The notes under the pieces are model-generated. The model saw nothing but the letters and a program-made list of their open reading frames with translations, was not told the DNA's origin and ran no database searches. DNA of 59,255 nt, filler included, from Sanchytrium tribonematis (lineage: Eukaryota), in NCBI GenBank assembly GCA_018985235.1. It is 6 parts of 6 records of this genome, joined end to end, with 100 filler letters (N's around TTAATTAATTAA, not from the genome) between each part and the next. Parts side by side here need not be neighbours in the genome. Positions count along the whole stretch, not along the records: positions 39,757 to 49,481 come from JADGIG010000321.1; positions 49,582 to 59,255 come from JADGIG010000323.1; 4 more parts are not named here. One strand, given 5' to 3'. Of this stretch, positions 45,250-57,365 are shown one piece after another. The translations under genes and the position numbers were made by a program. How positions within the stretch are numbered: position 1 is the stretch's first letter; every line of letters begins with the position of its first letter.

Positions 45250-47128
45250 CTATAATTCCACGACATGATTTGCAGGAAATAGTCCAGATTGATCATCTAT
45301 ACTTCCCTGCCACCAGCCTTCATCAATTTTATTAATTTCAGTGATCAAATCTCCAACTTTAAAAGAAATTTCGTTCGACTCTTGTGCATTATAATCATAA
45401 CAGGCTTTAGCGCATAAACTTTCTGTAACTATATTAGATAAAAGCACCATAAGATATTGGAAACATTCCTTGTTTGTTGTTAATTTCTCCCAAAGACCAA
45501 CCTTCGTCGATTTTTTCAACAATAAACACGATTTCACCCTCTCTGAAGGATATTTCGTTACTTTCTTGAGCATTGTAATCAAATAAAGCAATTGATTTTG
45601 TTTTAGATTTGAGGACAGGCGACATGGGCTTTTCTTGTCCCACTTCTTGCACAAAATTTCCTGGAAACAGACCAACATTTTGACCAACAATGCCCTCCCA
45701 CCAATTGGTGTCAACCTTATTAATATTGTAAATTTTGTCCCCAGCCTTAAAGCTAATCTCATTGCTTTCAGCCGCGACATAATCGTACAGTGCTACAGCA
45801 TCATGATCTTTTTCCAAGGCGGTAGGAAGCGCCGCAATTTCTTCACGTTTAGGCAAAACTGTTTGAAAAGGTTCTTCTCTTTTTGGTAACATTGGCTGGG
45901 AATCTTGATCAGGATTTTCACGTTTTGGTAACGGTGGCTGGTTCTCTTCTTTTTTAGTAAAATAAGCGGCACCTTCATACATCGATCTTTTTGGTTGCAA
46001 TGGAGTTGGTTCTGATATATAATCTTTTCGTTCATAAGAATCGTTTTTAGACTCGAATTTTGATCTCAAGTCATTCAAAGAGCCTGACGCAGATTTCTGA
46101 GAAACATTCTCCTGAGAGGACGTTATATCCATCTGTTGAAATTTAGCCTTTAAACTAGAAGTTGATTTAATATTATCTAGTTCTTGTCTTCGAATTTCAG
46201 ATTCTGTCAATTTTTTTTCTTGAGCAGGTTCAAAATCTAGTGTGGTAGTTGGCGGTTTTTTACGAAGTTGCTCTAGCTCTTGTTTTCTTAAATCAGATTC
46301 AGAAAGTTTAGTTTCTGGTTCTGGAAAATAATTTGCAGCCGCTTGTAAGGATTGACCACGTAGCTCCTCAATTTCTTTCCGATGGTCCGGATAAAGCTGT
46401 TTTGGAGGAGATGGTGACCTATTTCTATTCTGCTCATCAGCCTTTTGAGCGGCAATCATTTGAGCTGTAGTACTATTACTGGAAAACTCTCTGCTTAATC
46501 TTTGCGGGATTGTTGGCTTTGTGGGACTAACTGAATTGTTTGATTTTTGAGGAACTATCGGCACGAATTTACCTGGCCGATAATCAAATACCGCTGGATG
46601 ACTTGTTTCTTCCCGCTTTGGTATTTCTGGAATATTGCTGCGTTGAGGAATGTTTGGGGCTTGGGACCTCGTTGGAAGATCTGGTTTTGTGGGTTTTGTT
46701 GGAGAAGTTGTAGAGACAGTGCTAGTATTTGCAAGATTATATTTAGCCCCACTTGCCTTGGTTACCAAAGATTCCAGATACTTGTAAGTTATGTCTCCTT
46801 CGCTCCTTGCATTCATTACAGCGTGGCAAGTCACTAACGATTCGACTTCACCCACCAAACCTGCAAATCTACCTTTAAGTTGAGGAGGAGCAGAATCGCC
46901 TAACCAGTGAATTAGAATTGTCTTACGAAGATCATTAAGCTGAACGCCAAGAATGGCGTGACTTCCTTTTGACGTATTAAAGCATTCTAAAAAATCTTCC
47001 TCATCGAAAGTTTCTGCCTTATCGCTAAAATTCAAATACAAATTTTTGTCATATGAATATATGATATAAGAAAGGTCTCCTGATTGCACCTTTTTAAAGT
47101 CGCTCATAAATTCTTGAGGAATAGGCAT
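45250..47128 (-). CDS. ABP1: Abp1/drebrin-like actin-binding protein (ADF-H, Pro-rich, three SH3); intron 45429-45447
   Basis: N-terminal ADF-H ([17 protein letters not shown]) and three ALYDY-type...W...GxFP SH3 units. Confidence 0.8.
45429..45447 (-). other. 19-nt spliceosomal intron (GTGCTTTTATCTAATATAG)
   Basis: Gives FPISYV and links to the third SH3. Confidence 0.88.
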
Positions 47129-47187
47129 TATTATATAGTGATTTCAAGGAGATAATTCCAAAACTAATATCTTATGAAATGTTTATT

Positions 47188-47866
47188 TTAAGCTCTAATT
47201 GATTCGGTCTTACTATCCTCTCTCGATATTGGTATACCTCTAAATAACAGCTTTTCAAAATGATAGGAATGCAAAAATTTGAGGTCCGCCTCTATATGAT
47301 TTTTGTAAGATGGATATTCATCAATAACAATCAGTAAAAAATGAATCATTGCAGCAGAATATAGCACACTTTCTCTAGGAGATAGCTCTTTGAAAAAGGA
47401 TTCATTAATTTTGAAAGGATTTTCACAAGGGAAAAGTTGTACAATGTCATTAACGATGTGAAATAAATGAATATTTTCTCCCTCCCATTTTTGTGTTGAT
47501 TCCAGCTTCAATGGCTGTTGATAATCAAAATTCGCAATATGATTTGACAATAAATGGTGATTCGCTCTCATCTAAATAAATACAAAATACCCAAACAAAT
47601 GGAGCCTTGTATTTTTGATACGCAGCAATTAAAAATACTGGAAAATTGTCTTTTCTGCTAGGTGTAGGGGATGCTGGTGGTATTAATAATGAGGATGACT
47701 GCAATTTTAATATTGGTCGCAAAACAGTATGTTTTTGATAAGGAAATACTTTCAGTTCTAATTCTTCCCTTCCTCGAATTCTTAATTCGAAGTAATGAAA
47801 CCCTTTTAAAGAACCGACAAGTAAACATTCTTTGTAAAATTCTTGAAGTTTTGCTTTCGCGTCCAT
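47188..47866 (-). CDS. Hypothetical protein; intron 47572-47590
   Basis: Two ORFs join in frame: FLIAAYQKYKAPFVW|MRANH. Confidence 0.65.
47572..47590 (-). other. 19-nt spliceosomal intron (GTATTTTGTATTTATTTAG)
   Basis: GT-AG, in-frame join, A at -6. Confidence 0.82.
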
Positions 47867-48007
47867 AGAGTTTTACCCACTTCTGACCAAAGATGAATTT
47901 GATGCCTAGAGTAGTTGGTTTATCTATAGATTTTAAAGATATTATTTTATATCTAACAACATTCTTTTTAAAGACGGAGTCACATTTTCTCCTTATATCA
48001 TTGTTGG

Positions 48008-48985
48008 ATGACTCAATTTACAATTTTGGCGGGAGCTGAATTCTCACAATTAATTGTACAAGTACCTAAGGATGCATATTACATCAACGGGGCATATCAT
48101 AACATTGCAACAGTTGAATTAGGCATAAATCAAACTGAAAATTATCGCGATTCCATTATAAAATCAATTCCTTACGGGGATATTCATTCTGAACCGTTTT
48201 ACTACTTAGATTCAATGAAATACCTTGTAGATTATTCTCTAAAGTTTAGTCATGTGTATGTCATAATTCATTCTGATTTGAAGCCAGGTATGGGCCAACA
48301 AATTTTTATGGAAATTTGCAATTATTTAAAACCACACAATCCAGGCGCAATATTGTTTGAACACATTAATCTCCCTGATTTTATCACCGATATTCAGTTT
48401 GCGACTGCTTCCTCGTCAGAATTTCGTGAAAAACAACTTCGACAAATTTATATAAGGAATTTATTCAAAAATAGACTCAATTCTTTCACTCTAATCAAAT
48501 TGAAGTCTTTAGCATTTATAGGTCTCTCTCCATTTAGAAAACGACCTATAAACATAAACAGACTAATTTCTGGTAGTTTTTGCATGATTTGTCAGGTTGA
48601 TGGAGATCCAGAGGCTCAACCATTGTACATCAAACACTGTAAACCATCGAGTATTAAGTTTTTAAGTCTCAATTTTGTTCACCACCTCAATCTAGAAACG
48701 AATGAAATTGGTCTTTGTGGAGATTTACCTGATAATTACAATTGTATGCTTATAACAACTAGTTCTAAGCCTACCCAAATGCCCCACGAATTTGAGGAAG
48801 ATGCATCTTTAAGATTAGAAAGTGTCTCCTCAACCTTGTTGACTAAAATTCCAAGTTTTTCTGATTGGAAAGGAAAAATTGATCGATTAGAAAAACCTAT
48901 CTGTCTTTCCCCGAATTATTGCACTTCGGTATCATTCTCGGGTGTTGGAGGCCATCCATTAAGAGTTAGGCGCAAATTTCAATAA
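48008..48985 (+). CDS. Hypothetical protein
   Basis: 325-aa ATG-started ORF with upstream CTCCTT motif; no motif recognised. Confidence 0.55.
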   Translation: MTQFTILAGAEFSQLIVQVPKDAYYINGAYHNIATVELGINQTENYRDSIIKSIPYGDIHSEPFYYLDSMKYLVDYSLKFSHVYVIIHSDLKPGMGQQIFMEICNYLKPHNPGAILFEHINLPDFITDIQFATASSSEFREKQLRQIYIRNLFKNRLNSFTLIKLKSLAFIGLSPFRKRPININRLISGSFCMICQVDGDPEAQPLYIKHCKPSSIKFLSLNFVHHLNLETNEIGLCGDLPDNYNCMLITTSSKPTQMPHEFEEDASLRLESVSSTLLTKIPSFSDWKGKIDRLEKPICLSPNYCTSVSFSGVGGHPLRVRRKFQ

Positions 48986-49038
48986 AATTGGTGTTTTGTT
49001 AATCTATTGACTTTTGGAATAAGTAACATTTTTCAAAC

Positions 49039-49481
49039 ATGAAGCGAAAAAGCAAAACTGATGATGCATTGATAATATATCAAGAGCTAATCCAAAGATG
49101 CCTATTTGATGATGCAAAAGTCATGGCAACTTTTATTAAAGAACCTATTTCAAACCTTACTATAACCTACACGGAAAGAAGGTGTTTATTTTTATCCAAA
49201 AAATACCAAATTTTATTACGGAAGCCTTGCAAAACATCTATGGAACATTATTTTTCACTGACCAGCTTATATGAACTAAATTCCACTATGCTTACTTTGG
49301 TAAAGCAGTCGGTGTGGACCGACAAACTTTTATCACAGAGCGAGATTCTTGTAAAATGTTGTAAGGATGATCCATACATAATATACCTAAGATCTAAAAT
49401 TTTGATCGAAAGTGGGTCTTTAAAAGAAGGGTTATCATTGCTGGCAAATTGCTTGTGGCAAAGTGGACGCGCCAATTTCCT
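49039..49481 (+). CDS. Hypothetical helical/TPR-like protein (3' partial)
   Basis: Open to the contig end; DPYIIYLRSKIL resembles a TPR. Confidence 0.4.
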
Positions 49482-49581
49482 NNNNNNNNNNNNNNNNNNN
49501 NNNNNNNNNNNNNNNNNNNNNNNNNTTAATTAATTAANNNNNNNNNNNNNNNNNNNNNNNNNNNNNNNNNNNNNNNNNNNN
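49482..49581. other. Artificial contig linker
   Basis: N44-TTAATTAATTAA-N44. Confidence 0.97.
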
Positions 49582-50225
49582 ATTTCATCACCCTCAAACA
49601 TATATCGGTGCGTCTTTAATTGAAATAATAAATATAAGCCATACATAATTAGTAAAATGACAGCCACACCTCTGCTCAATTCTACAATATATTTGTCATT
49701 TGCAATTCCCTCACTATTAGTGACTAATGCTGCAGGAATGATTAATGCCAAGGTAGTCAAACCCAGTAGACTCGCACTGGTGTTAGCAGCTGATTGATTA
49801 AAAGTTTGATCCCGGTATTTGATTCCTCCACATAAGAAGGAAAAACCCAGAACTAGTAGCAAATTACTAAGAATACTGCCCAAAAGTGAATTTTGCACGA
49901 CTGAAATCATTCCGTTTTTTAATGCAAAGATGGACACGATCAATTCCACAGTATTACCAAATGTGGCATTTAATAAACCACCAATAGTTGTACCAGTTGT
50001 TTTACTTAACTCCTCTGTGGCAAAGCCCAGTAAGGAAGCCAATGGAATAATTGCAAAAAAATTTAGCCAAAATGTAGGAACTGATCCCCAGCCAAGAGCA
50101 CCAGATAAAATGGCAATAGGAATGACCAGAATCATATAGTGTATTTTTTTCTCATGAAAGGCAATTTTAGCAGACTTTATAAAGGTAATATTAGACGAGG
50201 CTAACAGTGGCTCCGTATCCAACAT
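49582..50225 (-). CDS. VCX1: Vacuolar Ca2+/H+ exchanger (CAX), N-terminal half (3' partial)
   Basis: AIIPLA, GGLLNATFGN..ELI, LLGSILSNLLLVLG, LFQLKTH. Confidence 0.92.
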
Positions 50226-50333
50226 GTTTCAGTAAAATCTCCAAAATTTCGGTCTGACTTGATTTATTCTCGATAGTTAAACGAATTATCATACAGACAA
50301 ATGCATAAAAATATGGAAATCATCTAGAACCAA

Positions 50334-51443
50334 TTATGGGTCAGAGAGCTCAAAATGAAAAATGCCTGAATGATTGTACTCCTTAATACCAAAAAACACA
50401 TCATCTCCATCGCAACCAACACCACAAACTGCTCCAAAAAAATCATAAGAGCAAGTGGTGTTGGTTTTTAAATCATAAAAATGAATATAATCATCAGTTT
50501 CCGCACCGACTAGATATCCTGACCTGGTAAATTGGACATTTCTAAATGCACCTATTTTAGATTTTAGGCAAAACAACTCTTGCTGAGAATTTCTAAGATC
50601 CCAAACCCGAACAGTCTCATCTTGAAAAGCACCCGCTATATAGCAACCGTGCCATGAGAGAGAAAATCCATCGTCTTGAGGTCCACTTAGCTTTGTATAT
50701 AAACTGTCTGAGCGCAAATCCATTATAGCTACTGTGGGGGAATCTAAGGCCATTCCCAACAAGTTTAATTCGCTGTTAAATCTGGCGCAATTCACGGCTG
50801 ATTCGGCATGTATCGATGTAGTTTTTTCATTTGATTTGCGGTCAAAGATATTGCAAAATTTGTCATTACATCCGATAATTAGGTTGTCCCTCGTCATTTC
50901 CACCGAGTTGATGATTGAATCGGAGCACTTAATGGAGTAATTGCAGTTTGATTGCAAAGAGGAGAGGTAAACTTTTCCAGCAAAATCCCCATATAATATT
51001 TCATTGCCGAATGTAGACACTGTGGTGATGTAACCATTGACAGGACATATTGTGGTTGATTCTTTGGTAACCCAATTGAGATAACAGAGGTTTCCGCGAC
51101 TTAAATAAACAGTTATATGTTTACCACAATTGGCAATACAATGTCTCAATTGAAAATGATAAAAGTCCGGTTGTGTGAATACACCACATTTGTAGCTGTA
51201 AAATTCCTCGTTGTAAAATCTATTCCAATGAAATGAAGATTTATCATAGCATTTGAGCGTGAAATCCTTATAGTCATTTTCCCTATCAATTCGTATTCTC
51301 TGTCTATCTTTGGAAAGGTCCCGCCAGCAAATACCTTGCAGATCCATTTTAAGGCTATCTACATCAACCGCAGCTCCCTCGTGATAGGCTACAGGTGATT
51401 GATAATAATTGTCCAGAAAATCATGTCGCAACACTTGTTTCAT
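50334..51443 (-). CDS. WD40-repeat protein (DUF2415-like)
   Basis: HFQLRH, QDETVRVWDLRN, GAFRNVQF...AETDDYIHFYD. Confidence 0.7.
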   Translation of the reverse strand: MKQVLRHDFLDNYYQSPVAYHEGAAVDVDSLKMDLQGICWRDLSKDRQRIRIDRENDYKDFTLKCYDKSSFHWNRFYNEEFYSYKCGVFTQPDFYHFQLRHCIANCGKHITVYLSRGNLCYLNWVTKESTTICPVNGYITTVSTFGNEILYGDFAGKVYLSSLQSNCNYSIKCSDSIINSVEMTRDNLIIGCNDKFCNIFDRKSNEKTTSIHAESAVNCARFNSELNLLGMALDSPTVAIMDLRSDSLYTKLSGPQDDGFSLSWHGCYIAGAFQDETVRVWDLRNSQQELFCLKSKIGAFRNVQFTRSGYLVGAETDDYIHFYDLKTNTTCSYDFFGAVCGVGCDGDDVFFGIKEYNHSGIFHFELSDP

Positions 51444-51468
51444 TCTTATAGATTAGGCCGTAAAAATT

Positions 51469-51984
51469 TTATTGACAAAATACATGAAGATCGATAATGC
51501 AGAACCGCAAAGTTTTGCAACAATTCTCAATTGACTCAATTTGACTATCTTGGAACTCCTCCTGACACAACTGAGATATAAATTGCGGATAAGCCACAAA
51601 GTGTTCCCAAATAAAACAGACTAAACTCTTGACTTGATCGCTGTTATATTGAAGCATCATTTTCTGACATTCTTGGATAACCTCTTTTGTTCTTAAAGTC
51701 AATTGGTGCTTCTTACTAGAAAATAAATTCAATAAGTCATTGACATCTTTCCCGTGGATAACATCGGCCAATTCATCTCTTATACTTTTATGCAACTTGA
51801 CGAGGTCGGATGTGTCGATATAAGGCACTTTTAATGATTTCTTTTTTAAAATGTCTATAAAATCAATTTCTGAATGAAATATATTTTGAACTGATTGATA
51901 CTGTATGAGGGGACAAAAATTTGGATTAGATTGATGCAGCGACTTTGAGTCGTGTAATGGCGATTCTTTGGGAAGCATTGACAT
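51469..51984 (-). CDS. Hypothetical protein, weak DH/RhoGEF-like helices
   Basis: NIFHSEIDFIDIL resembles the DH CR1 motif; weak. Confidence 0.4.
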   Translation of the reverse strand: MSMLPKESPLHDSKSLHQSNPNFCPLIQYQSVQNIFHSEIDFIDILKKKSLKVPYIDTSDLVKLHKSIRDELADVIHGKDVNDLLNLFSSKKHQLTLRTKEVIQECQKMMLQYNSDQVKSLVCFIWEHFVAYPQFISQLCQEEFQDSQIESIENCCKTLRFCIIDLHVFCQ

Positions 51985-52039
51985 TCTTTCAATTCCAAAC
52001 AGCCGTCGCCCAATTCTAAAAATGAATTTAAAATTAGGT

Positions 52040-53861
52040 TTATTTCTTCTTTCTAAGGAAATCACTGGATAATAGCTGTTCTACGTCCGGCCGAATCGAA
52101 TCATCAATTGAAAATCCCAATTGCAGAAAATTGGTGGCTGCTGTTGAAAGATTTTCAGGGATAGTTGGTCTTTCGAGCTTACTTAATTTAAATAAAGCCT
52201 CAATCTGACCAATACCGGGACCATATGGATTTTCAGCGGAAAACATTTCGACAATGACGCAAGCAACAGCCCAAACGTCAGATTTAGCAGAGTAATGAAG
52301 CCTAGTAACTACTTCAGGAGCCATCCAATAAACAGAAGATTCCAAGTTCGAATTTCGAAGAAACCTTTCGTCAATGAAGCTATTATTGTGCTTTTTTCTT
52401 TCATTCATGGCATACCCAAAGTCTGACAATTTGCATTTTCCTTTGTCACCTACCAATATATTTGTTGACTTGATGTCCCTGTGAATAATGTGCTTTTTAT
52501 GCAGATACCTGAGTCCGCTAAGAATTTCATTCGTAAATGATACTACTAGCTTTTCAGGAAATTTGCCATAATTTTCAATCATTGTTTTTATGCTACCTAG
52601 ATTAGTCAGATTTACCACCTGGGACGTATTCCAAAAATAATTGTAGCTTGTTTTTCTCTATGTCGAACCCGTAATATTCAATAATATGATCGTGCTTTAA
52701 TTTTCGAAGATACATTGACTCTTTCTGAAGGATTTCGATAGCCTTAGCTCGGACAAGCTCATCAGAAATTTGCTCTTCTAATTCGATTTCTTTGATGGCA
52801 ATCATTTTTCCACTTTTAGAGTGCATGCCCAGGTATACTGCAGCAGAATTTCCTCTTCCCAACAGCTTACCCTTAACAACGGCTTCAACATCAATAAGGT
52901 TAGGATCAATTTTCATCCCTTTGGACAAAACACGAAATGATGTTCCAATGAATACAGAATCTGTAGCACTAGAAACAGTCGAATCTGTTGTATCATTAGA
53001 TTTTCGCTTTGGTGGTGTGATAGACGAAGTTAGCACTTCTTCAGATTCTGTGATTTCCGATTTAGCCATAATCTCTGATTGAGATTTTGATAACAATAGA
53101 TTTTTTCTTCTAACAAACATTGACTTGTCAGTTTTTGGATCAGAGAGCATTTTTGCAAACAAAGATTCAGTCAACTCTAAAACTGATCCTTTATCTTTGA
53201 TTAAAAATGTATAGTCATTTTGATCTGTGATTTTAAATTTTTCAAAAATTAACTTGCAAGCCGCACTAAAAGTCCAGTCTTTATCAATTACGACTTTTTT
53301 ATAGTGCTCATCTTCTCCGTAAACGGTGATTGCGATTGGAAGGATATCTTCCTTACTAAAATTTAAGCTTCCAATTTTTACCGATTGAAAAGGTGAAGCC
53401 AACACCTCCAATAATTTTTTATCTGGGGATAGAGGCTGGGATCTTGATCTTTTTCGTTGATTAAACATAGTTCCCACATAAGAATTATTGTCATCGTATA
53501 TTTGTATAAAATTGTGAAATACTGCATCGTGTTGATATAATTTCGAATTTTTCAAATCTTCAAGTGACTGAATAGGATACCTTATGTCGAACGATAGATA
53601 ATCTGCAGGAATAATACCGATTTTATCATTCAATTTACACAAATAATTTGATTTATCAATAAAGCATAAAATGCTAACAAGATCACCGATTTGAGCATTA
53701 ATTTCACCCTTCAATAGACCTCGGAAATCGTTGTTAATATAAGCCATATTGATGCCAAATTCTAAAGAATTATTGGACGTGTTCGGAGACTTCTTGACTT
53801 TACTGAAGAAAGTTGTTTCCAATAAATTTGTAAAGCTTGTGCTATTTTTAAGTTTCGACAT
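52040..53861 (-). CDS. STE11/MEKK-family MAPKKK with SH3-like and RA-like N-terminal domains; intron 52597-52615
   Basis: IAIKEI, LFLEYVPGGS (after splicing), HRDIKSTNIL, DFG, SVYWMAPEVV. Confidence 0.85.
52597..52615 (-). other. 19-nt spliceosomal intron (GTAAATCTGACTAATCTAG)
   Basis: Splits EYVPG|GS; contains a GACTAAT branch-like sequence. Confidence 0.95.
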
Positions 53862-54001
53862 AATGGGTAATTGTAAAATTTTTTCCGAATTGCATCATAA
53901 ATAATTATGATAAATTCTATTCAGTTTAGCTCAAGCTTTGACCAGGCACCTTAGAAAGAGAGTTTCTTCTTGAAACATTTGTGAATTTTCTTCAATTTCA
54001 T

Positions 54002-55196
54002 ATGAGCACCAATTGGACTTCTCCTAAGCTTGTTCCTGCTCGTATAACCCGTGAAAACGAAGAGCCGTCTTCATTGTTGGATTATTTTTCAGTACTTAAG
54101 CCAGCTAAAGCACCCATTCGCGAGCCTAGTGGGGATGACGAAGTTTGGAATATAAAAGAGCCCAAAGAAAGGAAGCCCTCCAGCGCGTCTGAGTCACCAA
54201 TTGTCAACAGCCCAGTGACTCTTATCGAGAAACTAAATAATTTAATAACCTCCGAGAGTTTGAACATACAAGATTTAAGGAAATTATGTTGGAATGGAAT
54301 TCCTACCAATAAACTTAGAGCTGCCATTTGGCCAATATTGATCGGTATGGTTCAGCCAAATGACCCAGAGAAGCGAGCCGCATTTATTATTAAGCGTAAA
54401 AATGAATATATCGAGCAAAGGATCCTGACTTTAAATGAAACTCGAGATGCAAATACGTGGCACCAAATAACAATTGATATGCCAAGAACTCACCCCGGCA
54501 TACCTTTATATCAAAAAGAGTCTACCCAACAGGCCATGTTAAGAATTTTATATGTTTGGTCGGTCCGACATCCTACAACAAGTTATGTTCAAGGTATTTT
54601 ACACTAAATTAGGAATGAACGATTTACTTACACCATTCTTTAGCGTTTTCCTCTCTCAGATTATCGGACAAGAAAGCATCAATGATTATGATCCGGCTGA
54701 TCTAACAGAGAGTCAGATGGATGACTTGGAATCACTTTGTTATTGGTGTCTTACAAAATTGATTGAAAGAATACAAGATCACTATACCTACTCTCAGCCA
54801 GGAATACAAAAGCAAATACTTTTACTTAAGGAGCTGATCAAACGAGTTGAGCCAGCATTGGTAAAACATTTGGAACAGGAAAATGTTGAGTTTTTACAGT
54901 TTGCATTTCGATGGATGAATTGCTTGTTGATTAGGGAATTTCAGTTGAGTCAAATAATAAGAATTTGGGACACTTATCTTAGCGAAGGGAAAGATTCATT
55001 TTCCGTATTTCATTTATATGTTTGTGCATCATTTTTACAAAATTATAGGGATAAAATTTTAAAAGCTGACTTTGTTGGTATTATGCAGCTCTTGCAATCT
55101 CCGGATACTAAATCTTGGTCAAATAGGGATATAGAAAGCATGCTTAGCCAAGCATTCGTGTGGAGTAGCCAATTCGCTATGTCTGGGCACTTATAA
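54002..55196 (+). CDS. GYP1: Rab GAP Gyp1/TBC1D22; intron 54594-54612
   Basis: LRKLCWNGIP, QITIDMPRT, spliced YVQGMNDLLTPF, LQFAFRWMNCLL. Confidence 0.93.
54594..54612 (+). other. 19-nt spliceosomal intron (GTATTTTACACTAAATTAG)
   Basis: Splits the catalytic YVQG|MND motif. Confidence 0.95.
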
Positions 55197-55223
55197 AACA
55201 AATAAATCTCCTTTAATTTAGAA

Positions 55224-56528
55224 ATGTTCTCTAATCAATTTTATTACGTTCTTCCAACGAAACTGTCCAATTCGTTCCATTACGAAAAATATATAACAGA
55301 TAACGGAGGTATTTTGGTGTCAAATCCTCGGAATTGCACCGTTGTTTCCGCACTAGTGGTAGAAAAAAGAATTTTAAAACATGTTGATAAAAGTTGCAAA
55401 GTTGTCTCAAATCAATACATCGATGACTTGGAATCTGGCAAATGTAAACCTGAAGAGATCATCAGGTACATTGTCTACGAACAAAAGGTAGATTTTACTG
55501 ATGACAGAATTGTTTATCTTGATTTTCCACATTTAAAGGGTGAAAAAAAGCAATTAGTTGAACTATTGGACATCATAAGAAAAGAGAGAGAATTCAACGG
55601 AGATCATTTTAATTCTTTAGCGTATAAAAATGCTATAAGTGGCATACGGTCAAGCACAGTAACTCTTGAAGAGGCTGTGCAAATAAAATTTAAAGGAATT
55701 TGCTACGTTGGAGCTAAAATTGGGTCTCTGATTACTGAATTTGTCGATACAGGTGAAATTGCAGAGGCCAAAAAAATCGCTGACTCTGAACGATTCAGAA
55801 TTATTGACCAGTTTACAAAGATATGGGGAGTTGGTGAAAAAACAGCATTGAACTGGTACAACAAAGGCTACAAGAATGTAAATGACCTACTTGATGCCGA
55901 TGAGAAATTGCCTAAATCTATTGCAATGGGAATAAAATATCATCACGATTTGAAGCCCATCCCACGGGCACTTGTAAAGGAGATTGTAGAATATTTAGAT
56001 GATCAATGTCAATGGAAATCGAATGGGGTTTCGATTGACATCGTTGGTGGTTATCGTCGAGGCAATGAACTTTCGGGTGATATTGATATTGTTATTTCTC
56101 ATCAAAGCGAAGATGTTTGCGAATCCCTTATTGATAAATCTCTTAACAAGTTAAGATCAAAGGGAATTTTAGCTGATATATATACAAAAGTTGCGAAAAT
56201 GAAGTATCGCTATGACACTGGCTCTAAAACAAATGACAGTGACGACTTAGACAAGGCACTGACAGTTATACAATACAAAGGCCAATATCACCAAATAGAC
56301 CTTATAGCGTGTGCTCCAGAGCAATACCCATTTTGCCTTTTAGGTTGGTCAGGTTCTGCTACTTTTGAGCGATTAATCAAAATGCATGCTAAAACTATGG
56401 GCTACACTTTAAGTGCCTCGAGCCTTTACAACGCTAAAACTAAAGAAAAAGTACCTTGTAGCTCAGAGGCTGATATATTCCATGTATTGGGATTGCCATA
56501 CAGAGAACCAAATAAACGAAATGCTTAA
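55224..56528 (+). CDS. DNA polymerase X family (Pol4/mu-like, degenerate BRCT)
   Basis: HhH GVGEKTA, GGYRRG..GDIDIV, QIDL, LLGWSGS, SEADIFHVLGLPYREP. Confidence 0.92.
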   Translation: MFSNQFYYVLPTKLSNSFHYEKYITDNGGILVSNPRNCTVVSALVVEKRILKHVDKSCKVVSNQYIDDLESGKCKPEEIIRYIVYEQKVDFTDDRIVYLDFPHLKGEKKQLVELLDIIRKEREFNGDHFNSLAYKNAISGIRSSTVTLEEAVQIKFKGICYVGAKIGSLITEFVDTGEIAEAKKIADSERFRIIDQFTKIWGVGEKTALNWYNKGYKNVNDLLDADEKLPKSIAMGIKYHHDLKPIPRALVKEIVEYLDDQCQWKSNGVSIDIVGGYRRGNELSGDIDIVISHQSEDVCESLIDKSLNKLRSKGILADIYTKVAKMKYRYDTGSKTNDSDDLDKALTVIQYKGQYHQIDLIACAPEQYPFCLLGWSGSATFERLIKMHAKTMGYTLSASSLYNAKTKEKVPCSSEADIFHVLGLPYREPNKRNA

Positions 56529-56543
56529 TTTATTTTCGAACAT

Positions 56544-57210
56544 TTAAAAAACTACTATCAGCGCAAAAATAGCGTACAGTAAAAACAATGGATATGCCAC
56601 AAGTATCCTCATGTGCTCCATATGAAGAATGTTGACAAAAATACTCGAGCTAGAAAAAGTGCACCAAAATATTGACAAGGAGGTTAGAACACCTGTTATT
56701 AAGCCAGAGCTGAGCCCCAAAAATACTGAAATTAAGGACAGAAGCACCATGGGCAGTAGACAATAGCCAATAACAGATGAGGTTTGACTCAAAGAAAGAC
56801 CGCTTTCACTCATCAAATTCATTACTGCATACATCACCAAGCATCCGATTGCTGCAAATCCATAGACGTAACTAAATTGTAGTTTGCCGCTCTACATAAA
56901 TGTGAAAAACCATCAATAAAAATATTCCAAACAAGAATGCAAAGAGGAAAGGACCAGCTAAATCAGTGTCATCCATCAAATGTGAATCGACTCTTTTAAA
57001 TGGATTGAGAACAGTAATAGTTTTTGTCTTGATGTGACTAAAGTTCACACCCAATTCCGTTAATAAGCCTTCTTCGCCTGGAAACCCACCAGTAGTAAAA
57101 GCAGATTTATAGTCTATAGGTATATGTTGAGGGTTATATGGCAAATCATTTTGCTGAGGTCTGGCTTGAACATTTTGATACTGGTAATTGCCATCAGAAT
57201 AATATTCCAT
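56544..57210 (-). CDS. YIP1: Yip1/YIPF5 Golgi-ER transport protein; intron 56892-56910
   Basis: [18 protein letters not shown], spliced [25 protein letters not shown]. Confidence 0.93.
56892..56910 (-). other. 19-nt spliceosomal intron (GTTTTTCACATTTATGTAG)
   Basis: Restores the [14 protein letters not shown] motif. Confidence 0.92.
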
Positions 57211-57365
57211 TTCAAAACAGGGGCTAATCAATCTAGATTTTTTGATTAACTTATATATTTAATACCTCCTATTAATTCAAAACTTGAACTAGAACTAATA
57301 AAATTTAATCATTGTCCTTATGCCTTTCAAGATTATAATAATTCAGATCATCCCCTTTTTCCAAC

